From positions 1,116,001 through 1,180,000 of the forward strand of contig NIVC01000013.1 in assembly GCA_002269645.1 (NCBI GenBank): DNA of 64,000 nt. The letters run 5' to 3'. A program made the position numbers and the translations under genes. The notes below the pieces were generated by a model, which was given only the letters and a program-made list of their open reading frames with translations, was not told the DNA's origin and did not search any database. Shown here one piece after another: positions 44,411 to 55,694 of this stretch. Every line of letters starts with the position of its first letter. Position 1 is the first letter of the stretch. The DNA comes from Macrostomum lignano (taxonomy: Eukaryota).

Positions 44411-47400
44411 AGTCAGTCTGTCTGTCAGTCAGTCAGATATCTGCCCTAGTAGAAGCTACAAAACTCAAAACTTTTATAACCAACAAAGCCACCGGATCTC
44501 ACCTTAAGATTATCCCTAACATTGTACTGGCAGGTGAGCGGGCGGCCCTCGGCCAGCGGCTCCAGTCGCAGCATGACGTCCCTAGTGAAGCCGTGCACCC
44601 AGCGGCAGGAGCGGCGGTTGGGACACGAGCCGCCAAGCCAGGCCCGGCAGACGTGCAGATCTTTGCAGTTGGGCACCTGGCACTCGCCCCGGCCTTCGCC
44701 ATAGTTGACGCAGAGCTGTACGGTGTCTATGGTGAGGCCGCGGAGCTTGAAATGGTGCTCATCCTGGACGGGACAGCGTGAGGTTGAAATTACAGTATAT
44801 TATCGAGAATTCGAGACACGACACGATTTGCATACGGCTGCACAGTCCAAGGACTTGAGGGGGTCGCCACACGCACCTTCAATTACCCCAGCTAAAACTG
44901 GCCCCCCTTTTTTTAAAGCTGCGGTGAACTGAATCGATGCAGAGTTAAGTGTCTTGCTGAAAGACATGCAAATTACTCCGAGTGAGATCGGGAATCGAAC
45001 CCCCGACCTTTAAGTCGTGAGTCTGACGCTGTAACTACTAAGCGCCGAAGGTCACAGAATTTAAAATCCTCCCCATGAGCTTTGACATCTTAGCAAAACA
45101 AAAGAGTATAAAACATGAATAGATCGGGCAAGTGCTCACAAATCCAGCAGGCGCCGGCTTGTCCATATCGTTCTTGAGCACATCAGACAGCCAAGCCTGC
45201 TCCTCCAACGGCCTAGTCGGATCAACGTGAGCCGCAATAGACGGATAAAACATGCGCAGCACTTCCATATTTCGTTGAGTAAACAGACTGTGATAGGGCG
45301 AGGCGCAATGCTGCCTGTAGTGACAGTGGCCAGTCTTGACAATATTAACGCACACGTGCAGGTCACGACAGCGCGGACTGTTGCACACCAGTCTGGGCAC
45401 CAAGCTTGACGGACAAATTTTTGGCAGCTTATCAAATAGCCAGGTGCGTAGGCGGTGATTGGTAGCTGGCGAATCTCGAGCAGGAATCATGTCGGATAGT
45501 TCCTGGTCGTGGCATTTTTGTTAAGAATAGCGGTTGCTCTCTTATTGTGTCGTATTAAAAGTGTAAAATAATTTCATCATCTGCGTTAGTTGCGTTTTAG
45601 GATGAAAAACATTGATATATCCTATCATCTTGAATTCTAACCTTGTAATATCGGTACGTATCTCAACCTGCCTTTTAATCGGTATCTCACCCTGCAATAT
45701 TGACATCTCACCTAGCAATCCTGTTATCTCACCCTACACTCTTGCTATCTCACCTTGCAACCCTGTTTTCTCACGATTCAATCTCAGTCTCATCTGATCC
45801 CTGCAATCTCGGTATCTCGCTCTGCAATCTCACTATCTCACTCTGATTTCGGTATCTCGCTCTGTAATCTCGGTCTCTTACCCTGAAATCTCAGTATCTC
45901 GCTCTTTAATCTCGGTATCTCACCCTGCAATCTCGGTATCTCACCCTACAATCTCGGTATCTCACCCTGCAATTTTGGTATCTCATCATAGTACGATATT
46001 TTGTACCTGTATCACAGGATCACAGGTATCTCATCCTACATCCTACAGTACAAAAGTGGCAACAAAATTATACCTGTTCAGACAGCCAGCCAAGAAACTT
46101 GGGCCAATTATGCTCATCAGCCAGACTGTGACTTAGTCTACAATCAGCCCTGGTGCATTCGCCGCCAAGCCAGCTGCGACAGATGTGCAACAGTTTACAC
46201 GCGGCATCCCGACAGTCCGGCAGAGTCCAATTGTACCTGGGGCACAGGATTGGCTCGTAAGCAGACGCCGGCAGAGAGGCGTAGTGACTGGTCATCGGAG
46301 GGTAGTAAGGTACCGGATCAGAAGAGAGTGGCTGCTCGTGCTGCGGCTGGTAACGATCTGTCTGTTGCCGCCGTCGGTCATCTATAAGTTATTGCATTTT
46401 CGTGTATTTTCTCTCTCTTTTGAATTCTTTGCAATCTTACTTTGATTGTTAACAATCGTTAACAAAGTGTTCTGCATTAAAAATGATGCTTTTTCTTTGT
46501 GTTTCTTTTATATAAACTGACGATGATTAAATAAGGATGGTCTCTTTGTTCGTTAAGTTTCTTTAATTAATATCAGGTAATGTATATAAACTTTGTTTTG
46601 TCTGTATTCATCAGTTTCTCCGATTCCGTAAGCGCTGACAGCAAGTAGTCTTTGTAGACCAACAGCCCGAGAGTGTCTTTGTTTTGTTTATTGTTTAATT
46701 TTAATTATTATTAGATGCATGTTGAACCGATAATTGACTCTCTTGAGGTGAGATGGTCGTTATTAGTATTTTTTCGTAGTTATGAATTAAGCCAATCCGT
46801 ATGTTAAATGCTTCTCTGATTTATTTTAACTTTTTGCATTCAATAGTTCGCAGCGATGGAAAAAAGGAAGGGGTGAATACAGCGTTAGTGTTTATCTTTC
46901 ATAAAATTTGGTTTCTTAAATGTTGAAACAATCAGAAATAAAACTAGGTAAACAGCAGGAGTAACTATTCTAAAGAGCCTCGTCAGCTAATAAATGAATT
47001 TTACACCCCGCCTTCGCGCACTAAATATACCAGCTACTTACCAGATTGATAAGAAGCAAACCGATTACGTCCGCTGCCAAAACCAGCGCCGCCTCTCCCA
47101 CCGTCACGGTTGTCGTCGTAATAGCCGCCGCGACCGCCGCGGCCACCGAATCGATTGGCCCGTCCGCCTCTAGGTGACATTGACGTCGGGGGTTGATCTC
47201 GATAATTCCGCTGATAATAACCGCCGCGTCCTCCTCCACGACGATCAAACGGCTGCCGACGCGAGGAAACGTAGCCTCTTCCACCGCCTCTTCCGCCTCT
47301 TCCACCGCGGAAGTCGTCGTCGAAATCGTCGAAGCTGTAGTCATCGTCGTCGTAATCGCGTCGACGCGGACGATCGTCGTCTCGACGACGCGACGAATGT

Positions 47401-47528
47401 TGACGAGACTGATCGTCCCGGTGGTCCCGGTAGTCACGGTGGTCCCGGTAGTCCCTGTGGTCCCGGTGGTCCCGGTTATAGCGACTGCTTGACCTGTCGC
47501 GATGGTCGCGTTCTTGATAGCGGTCCAT
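43354..47528 (-). CDS. RD/RGG-rich + 8 CCCH zinc fingers (ZAP/PARP12-like pairs) + RS-rich protein, ~743 aa, 5 exons
   Basis: Exons 47528-47042, 46381-46074, 45502-45140, 44763-44503 and ~44166-43354 with consistent phases (1,0,0,0). Exons 2-5 each encode a finger pair, C..C..CxxLH followed by C..C..C...H. Confidence 0.85.
44266..44435. repeat. (CTGT)n microsatellite
   Basis: Direct reading. Confidence 0.9.
44868..45043 (-). mobile_element. tRNA-derived SINE with CORE-like domain (copy 2)
   Basis: Diverged homolog of 11352-11527 (shares CAATTACCCCAGCTA, GCAGAGTTAAGTGTCTTGCT and GGGAATCGAACCC); lies in intron 3 of the CCCH gene. Confidence 0.78.
45640..45990. repeat. Degenerate 21-bp minisatellite (CTCGGTATCTCACCCTGCAAT)
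   Basis: Units at 45911, 45932 and 45953, with decayed copies upstream. Confidence 0.8.
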
Positions 47529-47914
47529 TCAACAGCGGGTTGCGTTTGGCGTGAGTAAAGCTTAGAGGTGAGCTTGACAGCAAGACAATTGCAGATGGTA
47601 ATAATCTGGAAAAAAACCTTCGGGATTAGTGAACTGAATGAGTGTATTATTTTATTTTATAATGAAAATATTACTAGCAAACCTCTCCTTTGATTAATAA
47701 TCAATTTATGGTAATCCTGTGTTTGTATTATTACACCTATCCTTATTGATCCCCTATTCATGATAATCCACATATCTTTACTAATCCCCTTTTCGTGATA
47801 GACTGCGAATCCTTATTAATCCAATATTGAGGATAATCCAATCCTTATTAATCCCTAATTTACGAACCACGATAATCCAATAATATTAATCCACTATTCA
47901 CTACAAGCAAATCC

Positions 47915-48320
47915 TTATTACTTTTTCTATTCACGATGATCCACCTATCCTTACTAATTCCCTATTCACGATGATCCACCTATCCTTACTAATTCCCTAT
48001 TCACGATGATCCACCTATCCTTACTAATTCCCTATTCACGATGATCCACCTATCCTTATTAATTCCCTATTCACGATGATCCACCTATCCTTATTAATTC
48101 CCTATTCACGATGATCCACCTATCCTTATTAATTCCCTATTCACGATGATCCACCTATCCTTATTAATTCCCTATTCACGATGATCCACCTATCCTTATT
48201 AATTCCCTATTCACGATGATCCACCTATCCTTATTAATTCCCTATTCACGATGATCCACCTATCCTTATTAATTCCCTATTCACGATGATCCACCTATCC
48301 TTACTAATCCAATCCTTAAT
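47915..48320. repeat. 35-bp minisatellite (CCCTATTCACGATGATCCACCTATCCTTATTAATT)
   Basis: About 11 near-identical units with decayed flanks. Confidence 0.95.
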
Positions 48321-49124
48321 AATCTCCAATTCACGATAACCGCCTCATTCGTAATAATCCCCTATTCACAATAATCCACCCGATCCTTATCAGCAATAAT
48401 ACTATCCTCAAGTTAATCCCAAGCCATACTGCCTCTACAAGTTAAAAATAGAAATCAGAAACACGCGAGCCGAAAAAGAATCAGGATACGCGCAGTGTAT
48501 TCACATAGGTTAATTAATCCGAATTGCAATTGACAATAAACGGTCACAAAACCGAGATCATGACTAAACAAAAAATAACGACAATGACTAAAACACATAC
48601 AAACTGAGAAGCTTGATCTTTCCGATTAAAATCAATAATTCGAATTCGCCAAAAAATGCTCTAAACAACAGCTACTGTGTCAATTCTTCATCTGCACTGT
48701 TTTAAAAACAAAATATAAAATCTATTATAAAAAACTCAAAATACTTTTAATATTGAAGCAAAACAACAATGAAAGCGCTACAGAGAACACAGAAGAATAA
48801 TAAAAAATACTGCATTGTTACTGACAAAGACAATCCACTCGACAACAAAAACATTATTAATAGGAATTATAAAATATAAAATTATGACTTCTAAGTCCAT
48901 TTATAGGGCATTCGACATAGACGCTTCTAAGCTAATTAATTAATCTAAGTTGTTGCTTATTAATCCCGGGAAATGCTCACAACAACGAACGCTCTTACTA
49001 ATAGTAGAATGTATCAGAAAAAACACCGAGCGATTTAAAAATTGAATCGGCTGGAAAGTATCACTTTACGGCTTACACAATTAATGTGGATCTAATTTAC
49101 TAAGACAAAGAGTACTGCGCTTCA

Positions 49125-50535
49125 GTTGTGATTGTCATTGTGATTCAGGAGGTGATTATAAGTGTGATTCAGGGGCTGATTCTCAGTGTGATTCAGGGGC
49201 TGATTATCAGTGTGATTCAGGGGCTGATTATCAGTGTGATTCAGGGGCTGATTATCAGTATGATTCAGGGGCTGATTATCAGTGTGATTCAGGGGCTGAT
49301 TATCAGTGTGATTCAGGGGCTGATTATCAGTGTGATTCAGGGGCTGATTATCGGTGTGATTCAGGGGCTGATTATCAGTGTGATTCAGGGGCTGATTATC
49401 AGTGTGATTCAGGGGCTGATTATCGGTGTGATTCAGGGGCTGATTATCAGTGTGATTCAGGGGCTGATTCTCAGTGTGATTCAGGGGCTGATTATCAGTG
49501 TGATTCAGGGGCTGATTATCGGTGTGGTTCAGGAGATGATTCTCAGTGTGATTCAGGGGCTGATTATCAGTGTGATTTAGGGGCTGATTATCAGTGTGAT
49601 TCAGGAGATGATTATCGGTGTGATTCAGGGGCTGATTATCAGTGTGATTCAGGGGCTGATTATCAGTATGATTCAGGGGCTGATTATCAGTGTGATTCAG
49701 GGGCTGATTATCAGTGTGATTCAGGGGCTGATTATCAGTGTGATTCAGGGGCTGATTATCGGTGTGATTCAGGGGCTGATTATCAGTGTGATTCAGGGGC
49801 TGATTATCAGTGTGATTCAGGGGCTGATTATCGGTGTGATTCAGGGGCTGATTATCAGTGTGATTCAGGGGCTGATTCTCAGTGTGATTCAGGGGCTGAT
49901 TATCAGTGTGATTCAGGGGCTGATTATCGGTGTGGTTCAGGAGATGATTCTCAGTGTGATTCAGGGGCTGATTATCAGTGTGATTTAGGGGCTGATTATC
50001 AGTGTGATTCAGGAGATGATTATCGGTGTGATTCAGGGGCTGATTATCAGTGTGATTCAGGGGCTGATTATCGGTGTGATTCAGGGGCTGATTATCAGTG
50101 TGATTCAGGGGCTGATTATCAGTGTGATTCAGGGGCTGATTCTCAGTGTGATTCAGGGGCTGATTATCAGTTTAATTTCAGGGGCTGATTATCAGTGTGA
50201 TTTAGGGGCTGATTATCAGTGTGATTCAGGGGCTGATTATCGGTGTGATTCAGGGGCTGATTATCAGTGTGATTCAGGGGCTGATTATCAGTGTGATTCA
50301 GGGGCTGATTATCCGTGTGGTTCAGGAGATGATTCTCAGTGTGATTCAGGGGCTGATTATCAGTGTGATTTAGGGGCTGATTATCGGTGTGATTCAGGGG
50401 CTGATTATCGGTGTGATTCAGGGGCTGATTATCGGTGTGATTCAGGGGCTGATTATCGGTGTGATTCAGGGGCTGATTATCAGTGTGATTCAGGGGCTGA
50501 TTATCGGTGTGATTCAGGGGAAGGTTATCAGTGAT
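49125..50535. repeat. 24-bp minisatellite (GTGTGATTCAGGGGCTGATTATCA)
   Basis: About 58 units with a higher-order duplication. Confidence 0.95.
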
Positions 50536-50681
50536 TCAAAGGGGCATGATTACTGAGGTTTAAGGGCGTTAAAGTTTAAACACTGGAATGAGATCTTGAT
50601 ATATCCAAGAACTTTTTACTACCGATATGTAAACGTAAATCGATTTGAATCGCGGATACGAGATGTAGAGTGTTGTCAAAG

Positions 50682-53600
50682 TCAGTTGGTGCTGCCGCCA
50701 CCGCCGCCGCCGCCGCCGCCACAGCTTCCACCGCTGGAGCTGGTCGTGGCAACGGCACCGGTAGCAGCCGCCGCTATGTCGCTGTCACCCGGACATCCGC
50801 CGCTATTAGGGTCGGAAGAGGGGCCGGCGCCGCCAGACGAAGCAGTGGCCGCCAGATTTTTTCTAACATCGCTAGGAAATCGTTTCTTACTTTTCTTTTT
50901 ACAGCCGGCCAACAGGTCGCGATAATAGTCGGAGTGAACAAACCGACTATAGGAGTCCGTCCTCATCAGCTGATAGATATTCTCTTCGGCCTCTTCGAAT
51001 GCGAATCGATCCGATAGCCGGCCTTCCATTCGACGTCGGACTCGTTCGGCCACGTGGCCGGCCAAGTTGACCGGCTCTTGGGCGTCCGGGCCGAGAAAAT
51101 TCGAATAGATTCGCTGCAGCTCGGCGCCAACTTGGCTCAGGGGGATTCGGCGAAGCTCCTGACAAGGATTTTGGCGTAGGCGGGGAGACGGTGAGAGGCT
51201 GTTCTACAAGGCGGATGGGGTCCGATTTTTAATGCTGGATTAGAGGCGATTTTTAGGGTGCTTGATGAAGGCAATTATAATATCGCTTAGAGGGCGATTC
51301 TGAGGGTGATTGAAGGGCGATTCTCAGGGTGATTGAAGGGCGATTCTCAGGGTGATTGAAGGGCGATTCTCAGAGTGATGAAAGAGCAATTTTCAGGGTT
51401 ATTAAAGGGCGATTCTTAGGGTGGTTAAGGGCGATTCTTAGGGTGGTTAAGGGCGATTCTCAGGGTGATAAAAGGGAAATTCTCAGGGTGATTAAAAGGC
51501 GATTCTTAAAGTGGTTAAAAGGCGATTCTCAGGGTGATTATGATTAGAGAGAGAGATTCTCACTTTGAATAAACTGATACGATGGGATATCAGGCAAATT
51601 CAACTCGAATTCTAAATGGATATATTGAAAGTGATTAACAAAAGTGAATTACTTAATTCCTTAAGACCAGGGTTGAAAATTCCAGTTCCCAGAGCATTAA
51701 ACCTGAACCCACCTTTTCCATGTTTTCGGTAATGACATTTCCTAAAAGAAATCGATTTAACGTGTCTGCATGCTGGCGTGCTAAAAAAAAGATTTTATTT
51801 AAAAATGACAATTTTCTGCTTGGATAATTGGCTGAAGCATCTGGGAGGGCGGACGAAATCCATGTCCTTAATTTCGATTGCAATAATAATATTTTTTCTA
51901 CTGACAATTTAGAAAACTATGGTTTAGGGATCTAGAGTATTGGTTTGGGGTTTTAGACTATTGGTTTACGGACTTAGATTATTGGTTTAGGGATCTAGAC
52001 TATTGGTTTAGGGATCTAGATTATTGGTTTAGCGATCTAGATTATTGGTTTAGGGTTCTAGACTATTGGTTTAGGGATCTAGATTATTGGTTTAGCGATC
52101 TATATTATTGGTTTAGGGTTCTAGACTATTGGTTTAGGGATCTAGATTATTGGTTTAGGGATCTAGATTATTGGTTTAGGGTTCTAGACTATTGGTTTAG
52201 GATTCTAGACTATTGGTTTAGGGTTCTAGACTATTGGTTTAGGGATCTAGATTATTGGTTTAGCGATCTAGATTATTGGTTTAGGGTTCTAGACTATTGG
52301 TTTAGGGATCTAGATTATTGGTTTAGGGATCTAGATTATTGGTTTAGGGATCTAGATTATTGGTTTAGGGATCTAGATTATTGGTTTAGGGATCTAGATT
52401 ATTGGTTTAGGGATCTATACTATTGGTTTAGGGATCTAGACTATTGGTTTAGGGATCTAGATTATTGGTTTAGCGATCTAGATTATTGGTTTAGGGTTCT
52501 AGACTATTGGTTTAGGGATCTAGATTATTGGTTTAGGGATCTAGATTATTGGTTTAGGGATCTAGATTATTGGTTTAGGGATCTAGATTATTGGTTTAGG
52601 GATCTAGATTATTGGTTTAGGGATCTATACTATTGGTTTAGGGATCTAGACTATTGGTTTAGGGATCTAGATTATTGGTTTAGCGATCTAGATTATTGGT
52701 TTAGGGTTCTAGACTATTGGTTTAGGGATCTAGATTATTGGTTTAGGGATCTAGATTATTGGTTTAGGGTTCTAGACTATTGGTTTAGGATTCTAGACTA
52801 TTGGTTTAGGGTTCTAGACTATTGGTTTAGGGATCTAGATTATTGGTTTAGGGTTCTAGACTATTGGTTTAGGGATCTAGATTATTGGTTTACGGACTTA
52901 GACTATTGGTTTAGGGATTAGATTATTGGTTTAGGGATCTAGATTATTGGTTTAGGGTTCTAGACTATTGGTTTAGGGATCTATATTATTGGTTTACGGA
53001 CTTAGATTATTGGTTTAGGGATTAGATTATTGGTTTAGGGTTCTAGACTATTGGTTTAGGGATCTAGATTATTGGTTTAGGGTTCTAGACTATTGGTTTA
53101 GGGATCTATATTATTGGTTTAGCGATCTAGATTATTGGTTTAGGGATCTATACTATTGGTTTAGGGATCTAGACTATTGGTTTAGGGTTCTAGACTATTG
53201 GTTTAGGGATCTAGACTATTGGTTTAGGGATCTATATTATTGGTTTAGGGATCTAGACTATTGGTTTAGGGATCTAGATTATTGGTTTAGGGTTCTAGAC
53301 TATTGGTTTAGGGATCTAGACTATTGGTTTAGGGTTCTAGACTATTGGTTTAGGGATCTAGACTATTGGTTTAGGGATCTATATTATTGGTTTAGGGATC
53401 TAGACTATTGGTTTAGGGATCTAGATTATTGGTTTAGGGTTCTAGACTATTGGTTTAGGGATCTAGATTATTGGTTTACGGACTTAGACTATTGGTTTAG
53501 GGATTAGATTATTGGTTTAGGGATCTAGATTATTGGTTTAGGGTTCTAGACTATTGGTTTAGGGATCTAGATGATTGGTTTAGGGATCTAGATGATTGGT

Positions 53601-55143
53601 TTAGGGTTCTAGACTATCTGCTATTTATAAACATAAAAGCATCAACACTAAACAAACCTGACAAGCCTCCCAGAAGCTGAGGTTCTCCCTGCTAAACTCC
53701 TTCTCCAGCCAGCGCTCGAACTCAATTCTACCAGCCGGGTCCCTTAGCAACTCTTGCATGTCGAAGGCCCATCGCTTCACCCGCCTAGCCGGTATGTCGT
53801 GAGTTCGCCGTTCCGACTCCCAAAACTCTAGCGAATCCGTGGCCCATGGATTTGGACAGGACTCCGGTAGGCCGCCGCCTAAGAATGCGTCGAATTCCAG
53901 CCACTGGCTGCAGTGGGCGGTGAAGCACTCGGCCGATTTCGATATCTGCGAATGAAAGGGTGATGTAATAGCTGTCAGATCGGACATGATATGTAAAAAC
54001 ATGCTTTTTTTATAAAAAAAACAGGCCAGGCACCCTTCCGGTGAAACACAGGCACCCTACCGGGGAGGACAGGCACCCTACCGGTGAAACAGGCACCCTA
54101 CCGGTGAGGACAGGCACCCTACCGGTGAGGACAGGCACCCTACCGGTGAGGACAGGCACCCTACCGGTGAGTAGAACCACCCTACCGGTGAGGACAGGCA
54201 CCCTACCGGTGAGGACAGGCACCCTACCGGTGAGGACAGGCACCCTACCGGTGAGGACAGGCACCCTACTGGTGAGGACAGGCACCCTACCGGTGAGGAC
54301 AGGCACCCTACCGGTGAGTAGAACCACCCTACCGGTGAGGACAGGCACCCTACCGGTGAGGACAGGCACCCTACCGGTGAGGACAGGCACCCTACCGGTG
54401 AGGACAGGCACCCTACCGGTAAGGACAGGCACCCTACCGGTGAGGACAGGCACCCTACCGGTGAGGACAGGCACCCTACCGGTGAGTAGAACCACCCTAC
54501 CGGTGAGGACAGACATGCATCCCAAATTTGGTTTATTTGTCGAAACAATCCATGCAGATGAATCAGGAATCTATCAACATGCAAATAGAAGCTTGTCACA
54601 GCGAAGTAATCTTATTAAAGAAACAGAAGAAATCTACAGAATCCATAAAATAAACCAGTCAATGACCAAGCTAATTATTCATGCCCGCTTGCGTACACCC
54701 GATACCGACTATCGATACTGTGCCTTTCTGGCTAATCCTAGGGGAAATATCTAAGGGGGAAAATAAGCACAAGCGAATCCATCGCAACAGCAGAAGTCTG
54801 GCAGTGGCGGGATCTGTTCTTTGAAGATAAATGTAGTGAATTCTAAGCAGAAATGGAGAGATCGCCAAACCAAGACCTTACAGAGAAGCAGTGGCCTCGC
54901 TTGTGAATTCCTTTGATGAGAAGAAGTCCTCTCTCAATATTATAATTAATTATGCACTAAATTCCAACTGAAATATTCCTTTTGAAATGCTAAGTGTCTC
55001 GTTGATTGAATTGGCCTTCGAACGACATTAATAAATTATTTTTAGGAAATAGGTGGATGGATCTTATCTATTATCGAGACGTAATAGATGGCACATGATA
55101 GATATGTAGATGAACAGAGAAACAGACAGACAGATAGACACTC

Positions 55144-55220
<77 letters not shown>

Positions 55221-55237
55221 CTAAGACAGACAGACAC

Positions 55238-55268
<31 letters not shown>

Positions 55269-55298
55269 GGCAGGCAGGCAGACAGACAGACAGACACT

Positions 55299-55384
<86 letters not shown>

Positions 55385-55387
55385 CTA

Positions 55388-55426
<39 letters not shown>

Positions 55427-55463
55427 AAGACAGACACTAAGACAGACAGACAGACAGACACTA

Positions 55464-55520
<57 letters not shown>

Positions 55521-55579
55521 CTAAGACAGACAGACAGACAGACAGACAGACACTAAGACAGACAGACAGACAGACAGAC

Positions 55580-55630
<51 letters not shown>

Positions 55631-55645
55631 CACAGACAGACACTA

Positions 55646-55694
<49 letters not shown>

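Noticed and set aside
20213-53615. CRISPR-like appearance of the 28-38-bp and 59-bp arrays
   Set aside because: Units are head-to-tail with no unique spacers, there are no cas genes, and the context is eukaryotic.
18900-54512. Enrichment of 6-bp palindromes (AGATCT, TCTAGA, ACCGGT, GATATC) in repeat units
   Set aside because: About 8 of 22 units contain one, close to the chance expectation for 20-38-bp units.
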